From: an uncultured bacterium
GTDB taxonomy: Bacteria; Myxococcota_A; Polyangia; Polyangiales; Houyiibacteriaceae
Assembly (NCBI GenBank): GCA_938024995.1
Contig: CALJDU010000036.1
Span: forward strand, 17,520-81,519
DNA: 64,000 nucleotides
Reading direction: 5' to 3'
Part shown: one piece after another, positions 8,926 to 16,758 of the stretch
Numbering within the stretch: position 1 is the first letter of the stretch
How the letters are laid out: each line of letters opens with the position of its first letter
Made by a program: the position numbers and the translations under genes
Notes under the pieces: generated by a model
Seen by the model: the letters and a program-made list of their open reading frames with translations, nothing else
Told to the model about the DNA's origin: nothing
Databases searched by the model: none

Positions 8926-9329
8926 CCTGAAGAATGCGCACGCGAAGCAGACATGAAACGAGAGCGGGGGCAGCGGAGCTGCTCGTGCTCCCGCTCGTCG
9001 CTTCGCTGGCGGTCATCTTTGGCGGTTATGGTGCTGTGTTTATCGCCAGCATCCAGTTATTGCCGCGATTGTCGTGCGGCGGAAACCCGGACAGCACGCG
9101 GACGAACGCGCAGTCGATCCGCAGTGCGGTCGTGATGTACCTCAGCGAGAACCCGAGCGGCTGCTGCCCGTCGACGCAGGACCTCGCCGAGGGCGGCTTC
9201 CTCGACGCGAACAAGCGCCTCGCAGACGCCTGGGACCGTGACTTCCAGATTCACTGCGCGGCAGACAACGTCTCCGTCGCGTCATCCGGCGCGGACGGCC
9301 AGTTCGGCACGGAAGACGACATCCGATGA
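8686..9329 (+). repeat. tandem direct duplication of the gspG globular-domain coding region (8686-8925 and 9090-9329, period 404 bp)
   Basis: My hand alignment gives about 215 of 240 identical positions (~90%). Differences are a mix of synonymous and non-synonymous changes. Confidence 0.9.
8934..9329 (+). CDS. GspG paralogue with a divergent, non-canonical N-terminus
   Basis: The C-terminal 79 aa are nearly identical to GspG. The N-terminus ..RAGAAELLVLPLVASLAVIFGG.. is hydrophobic but lacks the G-(F/M)-T-L-x-E pattern. ATG lies 8 nt after the gspG stop. Confidence 0.75.
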   Translation: MRTRSRHETRAGAAELLVLPLVASLAVIFGGYGAVFIASIQLLPRLSCGGNPDSTRTNAQSIRSAVVMYLSENPSGCCPSTQDLAEGGFLDANKRLADAWDRDFQIHCAADNVSVASSGADGQFGTEDDIR

Positions 9330-10006
9330 TGCGTCTTCGTCGCCAAGACACCGCCGGCTTCACGCTCATCGAGATGATGATCGTCGTGCTCCTCCTCGCG
9401 CTGGTCGCGAGCGGGATCACGATGGGGCTCGGCGCGATCACGCGGTCCAAGCTCCGCAGCTCGTGCGTGAAGATCGTCGCGGCGGCGCGCTTCTCCTACC
9501 ACCGCGCGGTCGCCCAAGGGAACACGGTCCGCATCATGCTGAACCTCGACGAGGACACCATGTCGATCGAGGAGGCCAACGGTCGCGTGACCTTGATGCG
9601 CGCTGACGACGAGGACCGCGAAGAGGGCGAAGAGGCCGCGCGCGATCCCTGGGCGGACGCCCAAGCCGCGCTCGACGAGACGATTCACACCAACATCGGC
9701 CGGAGCGCGTTTCGCCCGCTCCAAGGACGCGACGGGAACGTGCTCGATCGCTACCGACCGCGCGCGCTCTCCGCGGCCATCACCCGCGTCATCACGCCGC
9801 ATGATCCCGACCCGCGCGAAGACGGCCGCGCCGCGATCTACTTCTTCCCGGGCGGCATGACCGAGCACGCGGTCATCCAGCTGACCGACAAAAATGACAA
9901 CGTCTACACGGTCGAGATCAACGCGCTCACCGGGCGTGGCAAGATCTACCCGCACGCCTTTGAGCCCGAAGAGCTCGGCGAGGACGACGTGAGGGACCCC
10001 GGATGA
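9326..10006 (+). CDS. gspH: minor pseudopilin GspH
   Basis: ATGA overlap with the upstream gene. Class III signal ..DTAG|FTLIEMMIVVLLLALV. Position in the locus fits. Confidence 0.85.
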   Translation: MMRLRRQDTAGFTLIEMMIVVLLLALVASGITMGLGAITRSKLRSSCVKIVAAARFSYHRAVAQGNTVRIMLNLDEDTMSIEEANGRVTLMRADDEDREEGEEAARDPWADAQAALDETIHTNIGRSAFRPLQGRDGNVLDRYRPRALSAAITRVITPHDPDPREDGRAAIYFFPGGMTEHAVIQLTDKNDNVYTVEINALTGRGKIYPHAFEPEELGEDDVRDPG

Positions 10007-10641
10007 TCAAGCGCGTACGCGATACCGAGATCATGGGCTTCACGTTGCTCGAGGTGCTGGTCGCGATGGCGATCCTGGCGCTCGGTCTGTCGTCGATCTT
10101 CGCGAGCCAGGTCGGCGCCGTGAAGACCGCGCATCGCGCGCGCCACTACACGGTCGCGAGCTTCTTGGCCCGCTGCAAGATGGGCGAGATCGAAGAGCTG
10201 ATCGTCGAAGAGGGTCTGCCCGCGATCGAGAAGAAGGGCCGCGACGCCTGCTGCGAACACGCCGAGGTCGACGGCTTCCGATGCGAGTGGGCGATCGAGC
10301 GCATTGTCTTGCCGGATGACGCGATGGGCGGCGACGAAGAGGGCGAAGACCCCATCGCGGCGCTCGCGAGCGCTGCAGGTGGCGGGGCAGCCGGCGGTGA
10401 CGCGGCGGCGAGCGGCGCGGGCGTGGTGGACTCCATGCTCACGGGCGGCGGCGGCGACGGACTCGCCGACCTCGCGATGAGCTTCGCGTTCCCGATCATG
10501 AAGCCCGCGATCGAAGAGGGCGTGCGCCGCGTCACGGTCGAGGTGAAGTGGGGCGAGGGCGACAGTGAGCACGGCTTCGACGTCGTGCAGTTCTTGGTCG
10601 CCGAACCGCCACCGGTCGTGCCCACGGATGACGGCTCATGA
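10003..10641 (+). CDS. gspI: minor pseudopilin GspI
   Basis: ATGA overlap. Class III signal ..EIMG|FTLLEVLVAMAILALGL. Position in the locus fits. Confidence 0.85.
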   Translation: MIKRVRDTEIMGFTLLEVLVAMAILALGLSSIFASQVGAVKTAHRARHYTVASFLARCKMGEIEELIVEEGLPAIEKKGRDACCEHAEVDGFRCEWAIERIVLPDDAMGGDEEGEDPIAALASAAGGGAAGGDAAASGAGVVDSMLTGGGGDGLADLAMSFAFPIMKPAIEEGVRRVTVEVKWGEGDSEHGFDVVQFLVAEPPPVVPTDDGS

Positions 10642-11348
10642 GCGCGCGGATGAACACGCGGGGGAAGCGACGCCGAGGCGTGACCTTGATCGAGGCGATG
10701 GTCGCGATCCTGATCACGTCGATCATCGGGACGCTGGTCTGGGGCGGTTTCGATCAGACCTCGCGCAACAAGGCGCGGGTCGAGGCCGGGCTCGATCGCT
10801 TTCACACGTTGCGCATCGCGCTTGAGCGGATGTCGCGCGAGATCTCGATGGCGTTCGTGTCGACCCACATCAACGAGAACACGCAGCTGCAAGCGGTCCG
10901 CACGGTCTTCATCGGCACCGATCGCGGCGGCGGTGACCGCCTGGACTTCTGCTCGTTCTCCCATCAGCGCTTGTACCGGAACGCGCACGAGAGCGATCAG
11001 AACGAGATCAGTTACTTCGTCACGAACCATCCGGACGGCGGCCGCAAGGTCCTCGCGCGTCGGGAGCAAGCGCGCATCGACGACGACCCGGAGCACGGCG
11101 GCCGCGTTCAGATCTTGTTCGACGACGTGAAAGACTTTCAGCTGGAGTACCTCGACCCCGCGAGCAACGAGTGGCTCCGGACCTGGAACACGACACAAGG
11201 CGCGACCGGCCAGCCCAATCGTTTGCCTTCGCAGGTAAAGATCTCGATCTCGATCCCGAGCGCAGACGGCCGCCGCACCGAGACCTACGGGACCCGCGCG
11301 TCCATCCCGATCGTCTGGGGACTCAACCACGCGGTGTACAACCCGTGA
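10638..11348 (+). CDS. gspJ: minor pseudopilin GspJ
   Basis: ATGA overlap. Class III signal ..KRRRG|VTLIEAMVAILITSIIG. Position in the locus fits. Confidence 0.85.
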   Translation: MSARMNTRGKRRRGVTLIEAMVAILITSIIGTLVWGGFDQTSRNKARVEAGLDRFHTLRIALERMSREISMAFVSTHINENTQLQAVRTVFIGTDRGGGDRLDFCSFSHQRLYRNAHESDQNEISYFVTNHPDGGRKVLARREQARIDDDPEHGGRVQILFDDVKDFQLEYLDPASNEWLRTWNTTQGATGQPNRLPSQVKISISIPSADGRRTETYGTRASIPIVWGLNHAVYNP

Positions 11349-12763
11349 CCCACCTGAAGCGATCGAACGCGCGCTTCCCGCTCGGCGCCTCTCACGACAG
11401 CCGCAGCCGCCGGCGGTTGCGCGTGCGCGTGACCGCGCCGGAGTCACGCGGCCCGAAGCAAGACAAGCGCCAGCGCGGCGTGGCGCTCATCATCGCGGTG
11501 ACCTCCATCGCGATCCTCAGCGTGCTCCTCGCGGACATGCACGAGAGCACCGGCACCGCGCACGCCATCGCGACCACGCAGCGGGATCAGCTCAAGGCGG
11601 AGTATCTCGCGAAGAGCGGCATCAACCTGACGCGTTTGCTCGTTGGGCAGGAGCCGCGCATTCGTCAGATCGTCGCGCCCATGTACCAGATGCTGCTCGG
11701 GCGCCCGCCGCCCCAGCTCCCGGTCTGGACGCTCGCCAATGATCTCCTCCGCCCGTTCTGCGACTACGAGAGCTCGGAAGGCGGCGCGATCGACTTCGGG
11801 AGCGCGGAAGGGCTCGGGGATCTCGGCGGCACCTGCGAGATCATTTCCTTCGCCGAGAACAGCAAGATAAACGTGAACCTCCCGCTGCTGCTGTCCGCGG
11901 AAGACGGTAAGCGAAGCGTCGCGATGCAGCTCTTCGCGTTGACCGGCGGCTACCAGTCGCCGAGCCCCTACGACCCGATCTTCAGCAATCGGGACGCGGA
12001 CGGTCAGTTTACCTCGCGTCTTGATCTGGTGAGCGCCGTGGTCGACTGGTGGGACTTCGACACGAACCGTACGCAGTTCGACCCTGGGCGCACGGAGGTC
12101 ACGAGCGCGGGCGGAGAGGACGACGTCTCCCGTTCGTACGATGACCCCTACAGCGTCAAGAACGCGCCGTTCGACTCGCTCCAAGAGCTGCGCTTGATCC
12201 GCGGCGTAGGCGAGGACTTCTGGTCCACCTTCGTGGAGCCGAGCGCGGAAGATCCGAACGCGCGCGTCATGACCATCTATGGCTCGGGCCGGGTCAACCC
12301 GAACGAGGCGCCCCCCGAGGTTCTGCTCGCGCGCCTCTGTTCGTTCATCGAAGACCAGCCGCTCTGCGTGAACCCGCTCGAGGCGGCCAAGTTCATCCAG
12401 CTGCTCTCGACTGTGCGCAGCATGATCCCGGTTCCGTTCTTTACGCGCCCGACCGACTTCCTGAACTTTATCGAGGGGCGCGGTGGCTCGCGCGACCTCT
12501 ACCCGATGCTGCGCGGCTTCCTCGGCGAGGACAGCCAGCTGCTCTTCACGCCGGCCTCGCTCACGCCCCAGCAACGCACCGAGATCGCGCGGCTCTTCGT
12601 GACCGGCGCGAAGATCCTGACGGTGCACTCGACCGGACGCGTGGGGCGCGCCCGGGTGCGCATCAACTCGGTCATGAACTTCCACGAACGTTGGAACCCG
12701 CCGCCGCCCAACGCGGGCGGCATGCCGGCGCTCGGTGTCTTCCACTACTACCGCGTCGACTAA
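11345..12763 (+). CDS. gspK: minor pseudopilin GspK
   Basis: GTG at 11345 overlaps the gspJ stop (GTGA). ..KRQRGVALIIAVTSIAILSVLL.. is typical of GspK. The ORF-track start at 11171 lies inside gspJ. Confidence 0.8.
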   Translation: MTHLKRSNARFPLGASHDSRSRRRLRVRVTAPESRGPKQDKRQRGVALIIAVTSIAILSVLLADMHESTGTAHAIATTQRDQLKAEYLAKSGINLTRLLVGQEPRIRQIVAPMYQMLLGRPPPQLPVWTLANDLLRPFCDYESSEGGAIDFGSAEGLGDLGGTCEIISFAENSKINVNLPLLLSAEDGKRSVAMQLFALTGGYQSPSPYDPIFSNRDADGQFTSRLDLVSAVVDWWDFDTNRTQFDPGRTEVTSAGGEDDVSRSYDDPYSVKNAPFDSLQELRLIRGVGEDFWSTFVEPSAEDPNARVMTIYGSGRVNPNEAPPEVLLARLCSFIEDQPLCVNPLEAAKFIQLLSTVRSMIPVPFFTRPTDFLNFIEGRGGSRDLYPMLRGFLGEDSQLLFTPASLTPQQRTEIARLFVTGAKILTVHSTGRVGRARVRINSVMNFHERWNPPPPNAGGMPALGVFHYYRVD

Positions 12764-12816
12764 CGGGAACCGACCTTGAACCACCTCACCCCCAACACGC
12801 TCTCGCGACCGAATTC

Positions 12817-14451
12817 ATGGCACGCATCCTAGGTATCGACATTGGCGAAGATCACGTCCGCGCGACGTTGGTCCGGAGCTCCTTTCGGAAGATCGAGATC
12901 CTCGAGTACATCGAGGCGGAGATCTCGCTCACCCCGAACCTGCCGGTGGTGCCCGCGCTCGGCGCGCCCGGGGAGCCGCCGTTCGTCCCCGAAGAGGCCG
13001 GCGCTGGCATCGCTGGCATCGCGCCCATCGCGGACGAGGTCGCTCCTGAAGCGGAGGCCGAGGAAGCGGAGGAAGCCGAGGAAAAGAGCGCGCTCGCGTT
13101 GACCGTCGAAGGTCTCATCGCGTCCATCCGTCCTGCGCCCGAAGGCATCATCGTTGGCCTCGATGGGCGTGACGCTTCGATCCGCACGATGGAGGTCCCG
13201 AGCGCCGCGATCAAGAAGCTCGATGAGCTCCTCCCGTTCCAGCTGGAAGAACTCGTTCCGTTCGAGATCGACGAGACCGTCATCGATCACCAGCCGATGG
13301 AGATCGGGAACGGGATGGTCAAGATCCTCGCGGCGGCGGCGCCCAAGGAACGCGTCGGGCGCTACATCGCTGAGATGCGCGCGATCGGGATCGACCCGCG
13401 AGAGATCGCGGTGGGCGCTGCGGCGCTTGATGGTTTGGTCGAGATCGTCCCCGAGCTCGCGACCCCCGGGCCGCACCTCGTCATGGAAGTGGCGGACGAG
13501 CGAACCGACCTCTGCATCGTCGAGAACGGCGTCTGTGTTCTCTCGCGAACGCTCTCCGGGGGGCTCGACCTGGTGAAGCGTCAGCGCGCCCCGGCGCTCG
13601 CCTCGCAGATCAAGCGCACGCTCTCTGGGTGGCGCGCGAGCGGTGGTCGCGCCGCGCAGCAGGTCTTCCTGACGGGGGAGGGCGTGCTCAGTCCGAACGC
13701 GGTTTCGTGGATCGCGGACGTCACGTCTCTTCGCACGGTCCCGCTTCCGCTCCCCAACGTAGAAGGCGTGAGCGAGGAGCGTCGCCCGGCCTTTGGTCGC
13801 GCGGCCGCGCTCGCTTCACGCGTCGCGAGGAAGCAGCGCCGGCTCGATCTTCGGAAGGGCGAGTTCGCGACGCAGCGCGCGATGGGCGAGCTCCGCCGGC
13901 ACATGAAGCTCTTCGCGATGTGCGCCGCGGTTGTCCTCTTCGCGTTCGGCTTCTCGACCTACGCGCGCTGGTCGGTCCTGACAGAGGAGCGCGACGAGCT
14001 CCGCGAACAGCTCGCGACGGTGACCGAGAGCGCCTTCGGTAACGAGACCCGGAGCCCGCGCCAAGCGCGCGAGCTGCTCAGCGGCGGCAGCGCGACGGAA
14101 GACCCGCTCCCGCGTTTCGACGCCTACCACGCGCTCGACGTGATCAGTCAGAACATCCCGACCGAGATCACGCACAACACCCGTCGCCTCGAGATCGAGA
14201 TCGATGACGAGGCGCGCGATGGTCACTTCGAGCTGCAGGGCACCGTCGCCAGCATCGCGGAGCGAGACACCATCGCCGCGCAGCTGGAGTCGCATGAGTG
14301 CTTCCACGACATCAGTCGTGGGCCGACCTCGCCCGGACCCGGCGGCGAAGGTCTGAACTACCGGCTCGAGGTCGACATCCGTTGCCCCGGCGCGCCGGAG
14401 CCCCCCACGAACAACCGCAGCAAGAACCGCCGCAGCGGGACGAGGAGGTAG
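12817..14451 (+). CDS. gspL: GspL with a PilM/actin-like N-terminal domain
   Basis: ATG at 12817 gives MARILGIDIGEDHVRATLV, an actin-like phosphate-1 motif. Central TM helix LFAMCAAVVLFAFGFSTYA. Acidic EAEAEEAEEAEE linker. Confidence 0.75.
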   Translation: MARILGIDIGEDHVRATLVRSSFRKIEILEYIEAEISLTPNLPVVPALGAPGEPPFVPEEAGAGIAGIAPIADEVAPEAEAEEAEEAEEKSALALTVEGLIASIRPAPEGIIVGLDGRDASIRTMEVPSAAIKKLDELLPFQLEELVPFEIDETVIDHQPMEIGNGMVKILAAAAPKERVGRYIAEMRAIGIDPREIAVGAAALDGLVEIVPELATPGPHLVMEVADERTDLCIVENGVCVLSRTLSGGLDLVKRQRAPALASQIKRTLSGWRASGGRAAQQVFLTGEGVLSPNAVSWIADVTSLRTVPLPLPNVEGVSEERRPAFGRAAALASRVARKQRRLDLRKGEFATQRAMGELRRHMKLFAMCAAVVLFAFGFSTYARWSVLTEERDELREQLATVTESAFGNETRSPRQARELLSGGSATEDPLPRFDAYHALDVISQNIPTEITHNTRRLEIEIDDEARDGHFELQGTVASIAERDTIAAQLESHECFHDISRGPTSPGPGGEGLNYRLEVDIRCPGAPEPPTNNRSKNRRSGTRR

Positions 14452-14452
14452 C

Positions 14453-15055
14453 GTGGCGATCTTGGATCCAATCACGAACTGGTTCGCCGAGCGCAACGAG
14501 CGCGAGCGGCAGCTGCTCATCGTCATGGCGGTCGTCGCGGCGCTCATCGTTCTTGTGCTCCCGCTTTACCTCATGGGGAGCGCGATCTCGGATATCGAAG
14601 ACGAGAACACTGAGATCGCGGCGGTCTTACGGGAGATCGGAAACTCGCGCGCGAGCTTGGCGCAACGCGAAGCGGAGAGCGAAGCGGCCCGGAGCCGTTA
14701 CGCGAACCCCGCGCCGCCGCTCGGCAGCTTTGTCGAAGCGCGCGCAGGCGAGCAAGAGCTGACGCTTCGCGAGGTGACCGATCAGCCCGAGAAGGTCATC
14801 GGCGAGTTCACGCGGCGTCACGTCCGCGCGACCATCCCGAACGTTGGGCTGCGCCCGACCATCTTGATGCTCGCCGACATCGAGAACAGCCCGTACCCCG
14901 TCGCCCTCGAGAAGATCAAGATCGAGCACTTCCGCGCCGGCGACCGTTACAACGTGCAGCTCGGACTGATCGCGTACGACAGCAATGACGAGACCGAAGC
15001 GCCGGCTGGCGAAGGGCCTGGCGAAGGCCGCGCCGGACCGCGGAGACCGCGATGA
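14453..15055 (+). CDS. gspM: GspM-like bitopic protein
   Basis: GTG 1 nt after the gspL stop. Single TM helix LLIVMAVVAALIVLVLPLYL. Size and position fit GspM. Confidence 0.65.
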   Translation: MAILDPITNWFAERNERERQLLIVMAVVAALIVLVLPLYLMGSAISDIEDENTEIAAVLREIGNSRASLAQREAESEAARSRYANPAPPLGSFVEARAGEQELTLREVTDQPEKVIGEFTRRHVRATIPNVGLRPTILMLADIENSPYPVALEKIKIEHFRAGDRYNVQLGLIAYDSNDETEAPAGEGPGEGRAGPRRPR

Positions 15056-16041
15056 ACTTTCTCAAGAAATACGTCTTCCCGACCTTGGGTTACGGCGCGC
15101 TCTTTACGATCGCGTTCTTCTTCTTCGCGTACCTCACGTTCCCGTACGACCGCGTGCGCGACTACATCGTGCAGGAGGTCGAGAACCCCCGCGGCCGAAA
15201 CGGAAACCGGACGCCCAGCGGGTACCGCCTCTCGATCGTCAGCCTCTCGCCTTCGTTCTTCACGGGCGTTGAGCTCACAGGCGTCAGCATCGAGAAGGTG
15301 CCAGAAGCCGAAGGCGAGCTCCCGGTCGGGATGACCTTTGAGGAAGTGAACGCGCGCGTGTCGCTCCTGTCCGCGATCGCCGGGGACGTGGGCCTGACCT
15401 TCGACACGGACGTCGCGGGTGGGCACATCGAAGGTGAGACCGAGGTCTCCGAGACGGAGACGATGGTGCGGGTGAACCTCGACGGCGTTCAGCTACGCCG
15501 CGCGGGGCTGATCCGCGCGGAGCTCGGGCTGCCGGTGGTCGGCGCGGTCTCAGGGGATATCGACCTGACGCTCAACGACGAACGCGAGAACACCAACGGG
15601 ACCGTGCAGCTGGCGATTTCCGATCTGAAGATCGGGGACGGGCGCGCGAAGTTGAAGGTGCGCGGCCTGCCAGGGGATGGCGTGACGATCGCGCAGATCA
15701 ACGCGGGGCAGGTCGACTTCCGGATGAACGTCGTTGAAGGCGTTGGGACCATCGAGCAGCTCCGAGGACGCGGCGAGCACATTAACCTCGACGGCGAGGG
15801 CGCGGTTCAGATCTCGCGGGTTGTACGCAACTCAGTGCTCGACCTCTTGCTCCGCGTTGAGTTTGAGGACGCCTACGCCGAGAGCAGTGAGCGCGCGGAG
15901 ACCATGATGAGCCTGTTGCGAATGCATCCGCGGATTCAGCGCGCGTCACCGGAGCCGGGAACGCTTCAGTACGCGGCGTCGGGTCCGCTCGCGCGCATCA
16001 CCTGGACGCCGGCTAAAGACCGCCCCGCCCCGGGAGGCTGA
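15052..16041 (+). CDS. gspN: GspN-like protein, last gene of the gsp block
   Basis: ATGA overlap with gspM. N-terminal TM helix GALFTIAFFFFAYLTF. Size and position fit the GspN of Myxococcus/Leptospira-type loci. Confidence 0.6.
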   Translation: MNFLKKYVFPTLGYGALFTIAFFFFAYLTFPYDRVRDYIVQEVENPRGRNGNRTPSGYRLSIVSLSPSFFTGVELTGVSIEKVPEAEGELPVGMTFEEVNARVSLLSAIAGDVGLTFDTDVAGGHIEGETEVSETETMVRVNLDGVQLRRAGLIRAELGLPVVGAVSGDIDLTLNDERENTNGTVQLAISDLKIGDGRAKLKVRGLPGDGVTIAQINAGQVDFRMNVVEGVGTIEQLRGRGEHINLDGEGAVQISRVVRNSVLDLLLRVEFEDAYAESSERAETMMSLLRMHPRIQRASPEPGTLQYAASGPLARITWTPAKDRPAPGG

Positions 16042-16052
16042 GTTTCTCTAAG

Positions 16053-16070
16053 GGGTCTTTTTCGAGACCC
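16053..16070 (+). terminator. hairpin GGGTCT-ttttcg-AGACCC 12 nt after the gspN stop
   Basis: 6-bp GC-rich stem read from the sequence, preceded by TTTCTCTAAGGGG. The same preface occurs after the SDR gene at 33507. Confidence 0.45.
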
Positions 16071-16082
16071 GTCTCGCTTTCG

Positions 16083-16230
16083 CGATTCACCCCAAACGTT
16101 ACTTGGGGGGATTTTTCGCTCCCGCTCTCTCCCTTCGGTCGATTCACCCCAAACGTTCGCTGCGCGCGAAGTGCGCGCCGCTCCTTGCTCATTCGCTCCG
16201 CTCTCTGCGCGCGAAGTGCGCGACGCTCCT
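16083..16230. repeat. cluster of short direct and inverted intergenic repeats
   Basis: cgattcaccccaaacgtt occurs at 16083-16100 and 16140-16157. ctgcgcgcgaagtgcgcgNcgctcct occurs at 16160-16185 and 16205-16230 (1 mismatch). Internal hairpins CCCCAA/TTGGGG and GCGCGC-gaagt-GCGCGC. Confidence 0.85.
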
Positions 16231-16318
16231 CTTCGTGAGTTCGCGTCCCTCGGTCCCCGTCACCACCACGTCGCTTACAGGGCTTCGCCGTCGCTTGCAC
16301 CGGCGCTCTGCGTGCGAG

Positions 16319-16681
16319 TTAGCCAAACGCCGCTTCGTATTCAGCTTCTTTGAAGCCTACGAGCGTGAATTTCTCATCGCCGTTGCCGTCGATCAACGGA
16401 CGCTTGATGAGCTTCCCGTCGGCCGCGAGCGCGTCGAGCGCGTCGTCGAGGGTCATGTCTTTCATCTTCGCGCTGAATCCGCCCTCGCGATAGGAACGCC
16501 CAGAGGTGTTGAAGAAGCGCTTGATCGGTAGCCCCGAGCGCTTCACCAGGCGCTTCAAGGTCGCGCGCGACGGCGGCTTTTCGACAATATGAACGGAGCT
16601 GTATTCCACCCCTTTGGCGTCGAGCCAGCGGAGCGCCTTTTTGCAGGTTCCGCACTGCGGATACTGGTACACGCGGGTCAT
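16319..16681 (-). CDS. ArsC/Spx-family thioredoxin-fold protein with an N-terminal CxxC
   Basis: MTRVYQYPQCGTCKKALRWLDAKGVEY.. and ..KLIKRPLI.. are typical of the ArsC/Spx/YffB family. I prefer ATG 16681 over the ORF-track start at 16717. Confidence 0.8.
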   Translation of the reverse strand: MTRVYQYPQCGTCKKALRWLDAKGVEYSSVHIVEKPPSRATLKRLVKRSGLPIKRFFNTSGRSYREGGFSAKMKDMTLDDALDALAADGKLIKRPLIDGNGDEKFTLVGFKEAEYEAAFG

Positions 16682-16714
16682 GGCGGGAGGGTGCCACATC
16701 GCGTAGGCTGCGCG

Positions 16715-16724
16715 CACACGTGTG
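16715..16724. promoter_or_regulatory. perfect 10-bp palindrome CACACGTGTG in a divergent promoter region
   Basis: Read from the sequence. It lies between the ArsC/Spx-like gene (minus) and the RpoH-like sigma gene (plus). Confidence 0.3.
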
Positions 16725-16758
16725 GTGGAGCTGACCGTTCCTGCACCCTGAGAAGACG

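Noticed and set aside
11171-12763. ORF-track N-terminal extensions for gspK (11171), gspL (12691), gor (34438), the 36137 lipoprotein, the esterase (39318), hprK (49935), ptsI (52191), plsB (59106), the 25134-26084 phosphoesterase, the 48209-49333 protein and the 62667-63929 lipoprotein.
   Set aside because: The extensions overlap upstream genes or encode Arg/Pro-rich non-protein-like sequence. Internal starts give canonical N-termini (signal peptides, Rossmann GxGxxG, start/stop coupling).
16083-16230. Considered whether the 45- and 57-bp-period repeats, and the 9-bp repeat at 56301-56354, could be a CRISPR array.
   Set aside because: There are only two copies of each unit and the supposed spacers are themselves repeats. 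No cas genes are present. The 9-bp repeat is in-frame coding sequence.
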